Source of the DNA: Sphaeroforma arctica JP610
Taxonomy: Eukaryota
DNA length: 20,000 nt
Reading direction: 5' to 3'
Assembly (NCBI RefSeq): GCF_001186125.1
Contig: NW_014040345.1
Coordinates: forward strand, 92,710 to 112,709
Of the stretch, positions 10,401 through 19,606 are shown one piece after another. The notes beneath the pieces were generated by a model. It was not told where the DNA came from. It did not search any database and worked only from the letters and a program-made list of their open reading frames with translations. Position 1 is the first letter of the stretch. Every line of letters starts with the position of its first letter. A program made the position numbers and the translations under genes.

Positions 10401-13155
10401 CTTCAAAGCCATACCACCCGATCATCCACAGACGCGTCCTGCTACGAGGTGTTCTGGTTTGCGGTGCAGATGCTCGCTAAAAAACACCCCATCCAAACCT
10501 TCGTGGCCACACCGGCTACGGAGAGTGCGACTGAAGGGGAGGATAAATCCAAATTCGTTAAACGTGAACTCGTGACGGAGCATGTGAGTGAAGCGGAGGC
10601 TCAGCAGCGTGTGCGCACGCTGATCAAGGACAGTGCACTGGATGTGAAGACCATGATGCCCAACAGCAAGTGTAAGGAGACCGACTACTTCGCCCTTCTC
10701 AAGGCAAAGGTATGGCTGCCGCAAGAGACGCACAGGTCGCATCGTGTATGTTGTGTTGCGTCTGCACGCAAACGGACAGATACCATAGCGACCATTCTAC
10801 ACACAGTCACCATAGCAACCATTCTGAACACTCCCGTGGGTACTGGTTGGATGCATTTTATCCTATTGTCTAAATCCCAAACCCTAGATTCTAAACCCCA
10901 CAAAATCCCTCATCCCGGTGTGCCTCCTTTTCGCAGGACCTTGGATTCCTCGAACCATTGTTGGAATTCGAGACGCGATTTGCCGATGCGGCGAAGACAC
11001 AGTCGCCGGATGAGCTGACGCAATGGCTCAGTAACAGCGACAACATTCCAGCGGATGTGAAGAAGTCCGACGCCTTTGTCATCACTGTGTTCTCGACATT
11101 ATTGGACCACATCTGCACACAGAGCACCTTTGTGGCGGTTCTGCCGAAGAAGGACATGCAGGGCAGGGAGTTACAACAGGTATATATGCGGCCAAAACAG
11201 TACAATGACAGCATAAGGTCAAAACAGTACAATGACAGCATAGGGCCAAAACAGTAGAGATACTTCCAGCTGATGGTCACGAATAGACACAGAGAAAGGC
11301 ACATGCACATACGTAGTAGCAGTGCATTGCGGCTGGTTGTTTGCTGTTGTACGGCTCTACGGTCATAGAAAATGCCGTTGCTCTCGCATATGATACTTAT
11401 AACAAACCCTGGTACACTCAAGATTGTATATACAAGTTATGAAAAGTCTAACGCTGTATCATCTTTACCAGGGTATTGCCCTTTTCTCTAATTGACATTG
11501 TCGATGTTCCTGTACTAGAAAATATACTTGTGATTTCCGCACTATTCTACTTGAAATGTCTGTGCGCAGGAGTTGTACTTTTGTCCTTACAATACTATTG
11601 CCTCCTACTCACACTTTCTTGATTCGCTTGTGTGTAGTTTCGAAAGTATGCGCCGGTGCTGAAACATATCGTTGAAGATTCGGAGAAGAATCAGATGCTG
11701 GGCTTATACGCTGTGCAAGTGTTCTGCTATGAGAATAAGCACAGACTGGGTGACTTCATGCAGCGATGCTTCATGTGCCTCTACCGACTGGACGTGTGCG
11801 ATGGAGAAGTCTTCATGATTTGGAAAGAGGTATCGGCTGATTAATAATATATATATACGCAAGTGCATGTGTTTGTTTTTATATATAGTGGTGTGTACCA
11901 TTCTATCCGATAACAGATGCGGACGTTGTTCCGATCTTGACTTATCTTTGCTGTGTATTCATATGTTCAAGTACAACGAAGCAAATACCTCACAACACAC
12001 ACCAGCTATTAGCGTACAATTCGCAGTTTGCATTTGGTAATGGGTTCAATGCTCGCTCTCTCTCTTGGTCTTTGGTAATGAGTTCAAAACTCTCTCTCTC
12101 TTAGTCTTCTTAGTCTTTGGTAGTTGGTTTAGTACTATTTCATCGTGGTTAATTTTTGAGACAAGCATATGACTACTGGCAGGATCAACCAGGTAGCTAT
12201 CTGAGATACAATTCATGTTTACAGAATCTACTGCAAATTCTCAGTTCCACCACTATGCGCAATTGCATAGCGGTTTCATTTAAAACTATACAATATCTCC
12301 TTGAAAACATAAATTATGTTTAGGATTGATAGCTGGCTGCAGTGCTAACGCTTCATTTTGCTTACTTTGTGGTACGACAGGACATCAATGATCAATATGA
12401 AGGCAAGGGTAACTCGCTCTTCCAGGTCAACGCGTGGCTCAATTGGCTGGAGGTGAGTGTTTCTAGCGTCTCTTGTGTATATTCTGTATCAGAGTTGTAT
12501 TATTTTCTCGTTACCTACATCATATCTGTACATCGTATTATCACAGTCGCCACGAGGCATAGACATCTACGTAAAGTCAATTCATATGAATGCTATTTAA
12601 GCAAGACAATGCATATGAATGCTATTTATGCAAGACAATGCATGTGAATGCTATCTATGCAAGACAATGCATGTGAATGCTATCTATGCAAGACAAAGTA
12701 AGACAATCAGTATGAATGCTATTTACGCAAGACAATCCGTATGAATGCTATTTACGCAAGACAATCCGTATGAATGCTATCTATGCAAGACAATGCATGT
12801 GAATGCTATCTATGCAAGACAATGTAAGACAATCAGTATGAATGCTATTTACGCAAGACAATCCGTATGAATGCTATTTACGCAAGACAATCCGTATGAA
12901 TGCTATCTATGCAAGACAATGCATGTGAATGCTATCTATGCAAGACAAAGTAAGACAATCAGTATGAATGCTATTTACGCAAGACAATCAGTATGAATGC
13001 TATTTACGCAAGACAATCCGTATGAATGCTATCTATGCAAGTCAATACAGAATGCTATTTAATCAAGTCAATCCATATGAATGCTAACGAAATATATTGC
13101 TCATCTCTTATGGCAGGACGAAATGAATGAATCGTCAGATGAAGAGGAGGATTAG
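4229..13155 (+). CDS. EIF4G2: eIF4G2/DAP5/NAT1/p97-type translation initiation factor (MIF4G, MA3, W2), 5'-incomplete, at least 14 exons
   Basis: Exons 4229-4331, 4580-4690, 4890-5126, 5616-5779, 6482-6578, 6838-7335, 8035-8205, 9060-9264, 9640-9807, 10432-10709, 10937-11179, 11638-11829, 12381-12452, 13117-13155. All introns are GT-AG and phases are consistent. DAP5-type motifs: LNKLT, KMLGNIKFIGELGK (eIF4G1 has ELFK), LDHEKA..MD.YF, LPARITFMLQD, LGFLEPLL, GKGNSLFQVNAWLNWLE, and an acidic tail. Confidence 0.92.
4580..4690 (+). CDS. EIF4G2: eIF4G2-like exon (IFAKACDEPHFSPLYADICVELAKKVPNFD...)
   Basis: CACAG/GTATGT boundaries, 37 codons, MIF4G KA..EP.FS.LYA.C motif. Confidence 0.9.
4890..5126 (+). 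CDS. EIF4G2: eIF4G2-like exon (TFKRLIV...KMLGNIKFIGELGK...LLAK)
   Basis: CACAG/GTACTG boundaries, 79 codons, MIF4G core signature. Confidence 0.93.
5178..5342. repeat. Compound (CA)n/(TA)n microsatellite containing a 20-N assembly gap (5215-5234), intronic
   Basis: Direct inspection. Confidence 0.95.
5616..5779 (+). CDS. EIF4G2: eIF4G2-like exon (…DDVECLCKLFETVGLMLDHEKA…LPARI)
   Basis: TACAG/GTATGT boundaries, ECLC..TVG..LD motif. Confidence 0.92.
6482..6578 (+). CDS. EIF4G2: eIF4G2-like exon, end of MIF4G (FMLQDVADLRANKWQPRR…MKTIKDFRKQ)
   Basis: CACAG/GTATGT boundaries, FMLQD..DLR...W.PR motif. Too short to appear in the ORF track. Confidence 0.9.
6838..7335 (+). CDS. EIF4G2: eIF4G2-like exon, N/G/Q/H/M-rich low-complexity linker
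   Basis: TGCAG/GTATGG boundaries, 166 codons, phase 0/0, within ORF 6832..7392. Confidence 0.85.
7344..7820. repeat. Long compound (TA)n/(CA)n/(TACG)-type microsatellite, intronic
   Basis: Direct inspection; accounts for the YIYI/HTHT pseudo-ORFs. Confidence 0.95.
8035..8205 (+). CDS. EIF4G2: eIF4G2-like exon, linker (TSFRPQNMQ…KKQKSR)
   Basis: TACAG/GTAAGC boundaries, 57 codons. Confidence 0.85.
8204..8605. repeat. Intronic ~35-37-bp tandem repeat starting at the splice donor (TAGGGTATGCAGTTGTGCGTGTATTATTGTGTGTG)
   Basis: GGGTATGC at 8241, 8278, 8315, 8350, 8387, 8422, 8445, 8476 and 8513, then two degenerate copies. Confidence 0.92.
9060..9264 (+). CDS. EIF4G2: eIF4G2-like exon, MA3 domain part 1
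   Basis: TGCAG/GTACGT boundaries; EEY...D..EA...I MA3 pattern. Confidence 0.87.
9640..9807 (+). CDS. EIF4G2: eIF4G2-like exon, MA3 domain part 2
   Basis: GACAG/GTATTT boundaries; F..VLDSIEDLRLDAPK is a typical MA3 motif. Confidence 0.88.
10031..10310. repeat. Intronic degenerate ~79-bp tandem repeat, about 3 copies
   Basis: ATATGCGTACTATTGTTATGTATTTTTA at 10131 and 10210, with weaker copies on either side. Confidence 0.8.
10432..10709 (+). CDS. EIF4G2: eIF4G2-like exon, MA3-W2 connecting region
   Basis: CACAG/GTATGG boundaries, phase compatible with both neighbours. Confidence 0.83.
10937..11179 (+). CDS. EIF4G2: eIF4G2-like exon, start of W2 region (DLGFLEPLLEFE…)
   Basis: CGCAG/GTATAT boundaries, 81 codons; resembles DAP5 GLSFLFPLL. 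Confidence 0.88.
11191..11256. repeat. 27-bp tandem repeat just inside an intron donor, about 2.4 copies
   Basis: CAAAACAGTA at 11193, 11220 and 11247. Confidence 0.85.
11638..11829 (+). CDS. EIF4G2: eIF4G2-like exon, W2 domain (…QMLGLYAVQ…FMCLYRLDVCDGEVFMIWKE)
   Basis: TGTAG/GTATCG boundaries, 64 codons, W2 first aromatic/acidic box. Confidence 0.9.
12381..12452 (+). CDS. EIF4G2: eIF4G2-like exon, W2 second box (DINDQYEGKGNSLFQVNAWLNWLE)
   Basis: GACAG/GTGAGT boundaries; closely matches DAP5 GKGKALFQVNQWLTWLE. Confidence 0.92.
12585..13088. repeat. Intronic 29-bp tandem repeat (GAATGCTATTTACGCAAGACAATCCGTAT) with 126-bp higher-order period
   Basis: GAATG at 12714 and 12743. Variant AGACAAWGTAAGACAATCAG recurs at 12691, 12817 and 12943. 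Confidence 0.93.
13117..13155 (+). CDS. EIF4G2: eIF4G2-like terminal exon (DEMNESSDEEED*)
   Basis: Branch point GCTAAC at 13083-13088, acceptor GGCAG, acidic tail typical of W2 proteins, TAG stop. Confidence 0.88.
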   Translation, partial: DEMNESSDEEED

Positions 13156-13296
13156 ATATTCGCGCCCACTTATTGCAGTACCCGTTTCATAGCTATGTCA
13201 CTGTCAAAACCTTATTAAAGCTTAGCACTAGTATTACCGAACCTTCAAGATGAATGCCACTTTTTCTCAATAATTTTTTTTTGAGGGGGGTGGGAG

Positions 13297-13690
13297 AAGG
13301 TATTAAGGAATGATTTGATAGAACTATTGAGATATTAAGGGATGTTGTGCTAACACAGTATTTGAGGTATTAAAATAATACATTAACACCATTGAGGTAC
13401 TAAAATATGATATGCATTAGCACTTAAGGTATTAAGAAATGTTATACGTTCACACCATTGAGATATTAAAATATGATATTCATTAACTCTATTAGTGTAT
13501 TAAGGATAATATACATTAACACCATTGAGATATTAAAAAATGATATTCATATGATATTCATTAACACTATTAGTGTATTAGGGATAATATACATTAACAC
13601 CATTGAGATATTAAAAAATGATATTCATAAACACTATTAAAGTTTTAAGGAATAATATAAATTAACAACATTAAGTTTCAGCCTTGCGAT

Positions 13691-13735
<45 letters not shown>

Positions 13736-16350
13736 TGATGGAGTCATATAATCAACTGCCACCAATCCCTAGTCGGCATAGTTTATGGTTAAGACTACGA
13801 CGCTATCTGATCGTCTTCGATCCTTTAACTTTCGTTCTTGATTTAACCCTTAAGGTATTAAGGAATAATATACATTAACACCATTGAGGGATTAAAAAAT
13901 GATATTAATCAACACCATTAAGGTGTTCAGGATTGATATACATTCACACCATTGAGGTATTAAAAAATGATATTAATCAACACCATTAAGGTGTTCAGGA
14001 TTAATATACATTCACACCATTGAGGTATTAAAGAATGATATTCATTAACACTATTAAGGTATTGAGGAATGATATACATTCACACCATTGAGGTATTAAA
14101 AAAAGATATTCATTAACAGTATTAATGTATTGAGGAATGATATACGTTAACACCATTGAGGGATTAAAATATGATATTCATTAACACTACTAATGTAATA
14201 AGGAATGATATTCATTAACACCATTGAGGGATTAAAAAATGATATTCATTAACACTATTAAGGTATTAAGGAATAATATACTTTAACACCATTGAGGTAT
14301 TAAATAATGATATTCATTAATATTATTGAGGTATTAAGGAATGATATACGTTCACACCATTGAGGTATTAAAAATGCTATTCATCAACACTATTAATGTA
14401 TTGACGAATGATATACATTCACACCATAGAGATATTAAAAAATGATATTCATTTAACACTATTAATGTATTGAGGAATGATATTCATTAACACCATCGAG
14501 GAATTAAAAAATGATATTCGATAACATTACTGAGGTATCATGGAATGATGTACATTAGCACCATCGAGGTATTAAAACGTGATATCCATTAACACTATCG
14601 AGATATTAAGAAACGAAACGCATCCTGTTACACTATTGTGGTATTAAAAATTACTTTTTATTAACACTATTATGGTATCAAGGAATGTTATGTATTAATA
14701 TTATTGAAATACCAGAGAATAACATGCATTAATACTATTGAGGTATTAAGAAATTATACACATTAACACTATTGAGGAATTAAGACATAGTAGGCATAAT
14801 CACTATTGAGGTGTTATTAATGATATGCATCAACACTATTGTGATATAAATGAATGGGATGCATTAGCACTATTGAAGTATCAAGAGTTGATATTCATCA
14901 ACACTATTATGGGTTTAAGAAATCATATACATCAACACTAATATAGTATTAAGGTATGATATGCATTAACACTACCAAGATATCAAAAATGATATGCATG
15001 AACCCTATTGAATTATCATGGAATGATAGGCATCCATAACTATTGAGTTATTAAGAAACAATAGACATTATCAGTATTGAGATATTGTTGAATGATATGC
15101 ATTAACACTAATGATGTATTAAGAAATGATATGCATTTTGAGGTTTTAAAAATTGATACGCATGAACACTATTGAGATCTCATGGAATGATAGGCATAAA
15201 TAACTATTAAAGTATTAAGAAATAATGGACATTAGCAGTATTGAGATACTATTGCATGATATGCATTAACACTGACGATGTATTATGAAGTGATATGCAT
15301 TTTGAGGTTTTAAAAATTGATATGCATGAATTGGGTTATCATGGAATGATAGGCATAAATAACTATTGAAGTATCAAGAAATATTAGACATTAGCAGTAT
15401 TGAGATATTGTTGAATCATATGCATTAACACTGATGATGTATTATGAATTGATATGCATTTTAAGGTTTTAAAATTGACATGCATTAACCTTATTGGGAT
15501 ATCATGGAATGATGGGCATAAATAGCTATTGAGGTATTAAGAAATAATAGACATTAGCAGTATTGAGATATTATTGAATGATATGCATTAACACTATTAC
15601 ACGATTGGGGTTTAAAAAATGATATACATTAACGCTGTTGAGGTATCAAGGAATGATATTCATTAACACTATTGAAGTATTAAAAATGATATGCATTAAC
15701 ACTAAGGACGTATAACGATGATATGCAAGAACACTACTAGGTAAATAGTAAAAAATGATACTTATCAACACTATTAAGGTATTGAAAAATGATATGCATT
15801 AACACTAAGGACGTATAACGATGATATGCAAGAACACTACTAGGTAAATAGTAAGAAATGATGCTTATCAACACCATTAAGGTATTAAAAAATGATATGC
15901 TTTAGCACTAAGGACGTATAACGATGATATGCAAGAACACTATTAAATAAATAGTAAGAAATGATGCTTATCAACACTATTGAAGTATTAAGAAATGATA
16001 TGCATTAGCACTAAGGACGTAAAACGATGATAAGCAAGAACACTATTAGGTACATAGTAAGAAATGATGCTTATCAACACTATTGAGGTATTAAGAAATG
16101 ATATGCATTAACACTAAGGACGTATCACAATGATATGCAAGAACACTACTAGGTAAATAGTATGAAATTATGCTTATCAACACTATTGAGGTATTAAGAA
16201 ATGATATGCATGAACACTAAGGACGTATAATGATGATATGCAAGAACACTATTAGGTAAATAGTATTAAGAAATGATATGCTGACGGACTATTGATATGT
16301 TCAAGAATGGTGTTATTACGGACTTTTGAGATGTTTAGGAATGATTTTCA
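13297..16350. repeat. AT-rich satellite, ~34-bp monomer (approx. GATATKCATTAACACYATTGAGGTATTAAGRAAT) with higher-order repeats
   Basis: Direct inspection: 68-bp period (AGGTGTTCAG at 13921 and 13989), ~160-bp period (GCATTTT at 15133, 15297, 15456), 103-bp period (ACTAAGGACG at 15701, 15804, 15907, 16010, 16113, 16216). Both ends decay, so boundaries are approximate. Confidence 0.95.
13671..13843 (-). pseudogene. Fragment (~173 bp) of eukaryotic 18S rRNA gene embedded in satellite
   Basis: Reverse complement reads AATCAAGAACGAAAGTTAAAGGATCGAAGACGATCAGATAGCGTCGTAGTCTTAACCATAAACTATGCCGACTAGGGATTGG…TGAGAAATCAAAGTTTTTGGGTTCCGGGGGGAGTATGATCGCAAGGCTGAAACTTAA. This is the conserved 18S central region, with substitutions at normally conserved positions. 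Confidence 0.93.
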
Positions 16351-16863
16351 GTTCTTGTCAGATTATCAAGGATAGGGAGTCCGTTAACTATAAGTGTGGT
16401 CGGTTGGCCCGATGTAGTCTTGGACTACGCACCATAGTTTCTTCACTACCGGAGTGGTTGCGGTGAACCGTTTGTGCATCCAAAAGGCAGCATTTGTGTC
16501 CGTGCTATTAGGGGGGAATTGCCAAGTATATTTGTGAAACAATATCCATTGGCCAATAGAAAGTGCTGTACTATCAACTGTAGTTATCAGGTGTGTGGTC
16601 TGCGTTGCTATCAAGCTCTCACACGTGTTGCTGGCACGTGGTGTTCATCAATTATTCACTAGTGTATTCTCCATGCACGTATTTCTAAACACCATCTACC
16701 TCGCAATCGTTATACATAGACGGAGAAGACATTTACACGGTATACATCGCATACGATGCGCAAAACTCCGCAAGACTAGATCAAACTGCTGCAATCGGTC
16801 GAGTCTTAGCCAATTATCCAGAGTGTGCGCTGCTTCCCTGCCTTGTCGCTCACCTGTCTCTAC

Positions 16864-16946
16864 GTAGTACATGCTCCATGTACTGCTTAGTACATGTTCC
16901 ATGTACTGTGTATTACATGCTTCTTGTACTGCGTAGTACATGTTCC
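16864..16946. repeat. 23-bp tandem repeat of a palindromic unit (AGTACATG-nnn-CATGTACT), about 3.6 copies
   Basis: AGTACATG-like arms at 16866, 16889, 16912 and 16935. Confidence 0.85.
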
Positions 16947-17149
16947 TGAGGGCAAGGTTTGCGGGTTCGTGGTAACAAGTGCGGTTAGAATGCAAGTGTT
17001 GGTGTGATTTCAAAAAGGTGTTGTCCTCACTGACCCGCAAACAAATCGGGGCACGCCCCTGCCTTAGCCCGATATCGATATAGCATAGAGGACTAAAGGA
17101 ATCAACACTTGCGCGGATGACTTGAAAGTTTCATATGCTTTCTCTCCTG

Positions 17150-17181
<32 letters not shown>

Positions 17182-17280
17182 CACCCGAGAACCGCTTATC
17201 AGCCTCCATCATTTAACACAAAACGATTTAATTTTAACTTTTAATCCTTTTAGCTACGAGTTCGTTTGTACTGCGCTTAT

Positions 17281-18759
17281 TTATGCGTTTCCAAACATAG
17301 CCTCAATGTCTCCAATGGTCTTGCCCTTGGTCTCGGGTACAAAGAGGACGGTGTAGACGACCACCAATGCACAACACACAGCGAACGGCAAGAACGAATA
17401 CTCGTCCAGGGCATCGTTCATGAGGGGGTACACCAACCCAATCACAAAGGTGAACAGCCAATTGACTACCACCACCACAGACTGACCGGCAGACGACACC
17501 TTGGTGGGCAGCAGCTCCGCAGCCATCATCCAGGGGATGGGCCCAGGACCCACGGCGAAGAAGGCCACACCCACAAGCACAAAGATCACCGACGGCCACT
17601 GCCACTCGAAGATAAGCGCTACCACAAACATGATGTGCATGACTCCCTGACCTCCGAAACCGCCAATCAGTAGTATTTTACGACCGGCCTTTTCGATGAT
17701 GGGGATGGCAGGGAAGGTCGCGACCACATTGAACGCAGAGACCATGATGGTGGCTACTTCAGCGTTGGTCATGCCGGCGCTGGCAAAGATGGTGTTGGAG
17801 TAGAACATGACAGCATTGATACCTGACAACTGCTGTCCAGTCATGAGCACGATGGCGATTGTCGCCTGTTTGATGTAGGATTTGGAGAACAGGATCCTGA
17901 ACTGCTCAGCCAAACCAACCTCACCGTCTTCTTCTGCAGCCTTTTGGGCAGCAAGGAATTCATCCAACTCAGCCGTAGCGTCGTAGTCGACACCACGGAA
18001 CTTGGTCAGGGCTACTTTTGCCTGGGTGTCTTTTCCCTTCTCAAACAAGAACTTGGGGGAATCAGGCAGGAAGAACATCACCACAATGTGGATACCCGAG
18101 AATACCACGGGAGAGCCCCACAGAATCCACCATAAACTGGGGTTTCCAAACACCGACTGCATACCTAGAACATTGGCAACAAGAATTCCAACGGTGATAA
18201 AAAGCTGGTGGAATACACCGAATGCTCCTCGTACGTGCACTGGTGCAATGTCATTGTTGTAGATGGGTACACAGTTACAGCACAGACCAGAGGCTACTCC
18301 CAGGACGATACGCCCAGCCATCATGACACCATAGTTTGGTGCAAAAGCCATGATGAAGCCAGCAGCAATGAATACAACATCGGTGATAAGGGATGAGAGT
18401 TTGGGTCCCAGCATCTTGACCAGGGTGCCACCGGCCAAACCACCGATCATTCCTCCGACTGCGAATAAGGACAGAATCCAACTGAACTGATCTGATGTGA
18501 TGGGCGGGTCGAACGTGGCGGGTTCCCCAGGGAACAAATCTCCCGTACCATCGTACGTCATGGCAGGCGAACTATTATTAGGCATACCGATACCACAACC
18601 GAAAATGAATGACTGCAACGACATGATAATCGCAGCGCCAAGCACCAACCCGGTCATGGGCTGCTTGGGCATGCCGGTCTCAACAGCATCATCCAAACTT
18701 ATATCATTTTTCTCATCTTGTAGATTGGGATCTGATGACAAACCAACGGTAGACTCCAT
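17281..18759 (-). CDS. MFS sugar porter, GLUT/SLC2A-like facilitated hexose transporter, intronless CDS (492 aa from first ATG)
   Basis: Uninterrupted ORF with about 12 hydrophobic segments. Motifs GR...G, RGAFG...QLFITVGIL, PDSP (PESP-like), QQLSGINAVMFYS, EKAGRK, GPGPIPW, PETKGKT. First ATG at 18759 (MESTVG…). Confidence 0.95.
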   Translation of the reverse strand: MESTVGLSSDPNLQDEKNDISLDDAVETGMPKQPMTGLVLGAAIIMSLQSFIFGCGIGMPNNSSPAMTYDGTGDLFPGEPATFDPPITSDQFSWILSLFAVGGMIGGLAGGTLVKMLGPKLSSLITDVVFIAAGFIMAFAPNYGVMMAGRIVLGVASGLCCNCVPIYNNDIAPVHVRGAFGVFHQLFITVGILVANVLGMQSVFGNPSLWWILWGSPVVFSGIHIVVMFFLPDSPKFLFEKGKDTQAKVALTKFRGVDYDATAELDEFLAAQKAAEEDGEVGLAEQFRILFSKSYIKQATIAIVLMTGQQLSGINAVMFYSNTIFASAGMTNAEVATIMVSAFNVVATFPAIPIIEKAGRKILLIGGFGGQGVMHIMFVVALIFEWQWPSVIFVLVGVAFFAVGPGPIPWMMAAELLPTKVSSAGQSVVVVVNWLFTFVIGLVYPLMNDALDEYSFLPFAVCCALVVVYTVLFVPETKGKTIGDIEAMFGNA

Positions 18760-19505
18760 GTTGGCGAACTTGTTACAATATAAAACACAAATAGACAACT
18801 TCTGAAGTAACTTGTGGATACGTCTTCAGCTATATACGTGTGAAGGTGAACTCCATCAGAGTAGTAGAGTTACACATGATAGATATCAATATTTAGATAT
18901 TTACAGAAGATTGTAAACAATTAATAACAATTAAAAGAACAATTAGGTCCACTCAATTGGCCGTCAGGTTCAACTCCAATACATTAATACACAGCTCTAA
19001 TAGTTTAGACCTAAAGTCCTAAACTGATTCAGCAAGGTAGCTTTTTCGGCACCAAATTTTATAAAAAAGGTTCTATGTATAGGTATCTGGGTCTAGACTC
19101 TAGACTCCAGTCGCTCTAATATTTGTTTAGGTCGACGGGTCTTCGTCTTGTGACTTTCATTTTTTTTTCTTCTCAATTTTTGTTTTAAAGGGGGGTTTTT
19201 TAAAAATTAGAATCTCAGCATTTTCATTCCATACTCAAAGAGAGAGAGAAGAGAAAAAGTTGTTTCTAACGAAGAGCTTCCGATACTCATAGGCTGAGAG
19301 ATTTGCCTTATACGGTGCAATAATTTACATTTTATCCCAAACACCAGGCAAATGGTCGACTGATCGAGTGATCGTAGCTGTCTTTTTTAGGAAGCTGCTG
19401 ATATAGTGATGGGGCTGAGTCGTGAGAGTGCTGAACTGCTGCTGACTGCTAACTTTCTTTTCTGGTTTGCAGACTGTGGCCTGGGGCCCTGGGCTCACTA
19501 AACGA

Positions 19506-19606
19506 TTTTTTTTAGGGTTTTAGGGTTTTTAGGGTTTAGGGTTTATCCCCAAACCCTAAACCCTAAAACCCTATAAAAAACCCCTAAACCCCTAAAACCC
19601 TAAAAC
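19506..19606. repeat. Inverted interstitial telomere-like repeats: (T3-5AGGG)4 followed by about 6 CCCTAAA-like units
   Basis: TTTAGGGTTTTAGGGTTTTTAGGGTTTAGGGTTT-ATCCCC-AAACCCTAAACCCTAAAACCCTA… read directly. Confidence 0.85.

Noticed and set aside
13671..13843. Functional 18S rRNA gene
   Set aside because: Only about a tenth of the gene, with no flanking rDNA and substitutions at conserved positions.
13297..16350. CRISPR-like array (palindromic ~34-bp repeats with a captured foreign-looking piece)
   Set aside because: Units are contiguous with no unique spacers, there is only one insert and it is 173 bp, no cas genes are present, and the context is eukaryotic.
16375..16440. LSU rRNA-like TAACTATAA motif and a GTAGTC-TTG-GACTAC hairpin as a Helitron end
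   Set aside because: The match is too short, and the hairpin is not followed by a CTRR terminus.
17266..18805. Plus-strand and alternate-frame ORFs overlapping the transporter
   Set aside because: Shadow ORFs of a GC3-rich coding sequence with no recognisable motifs.
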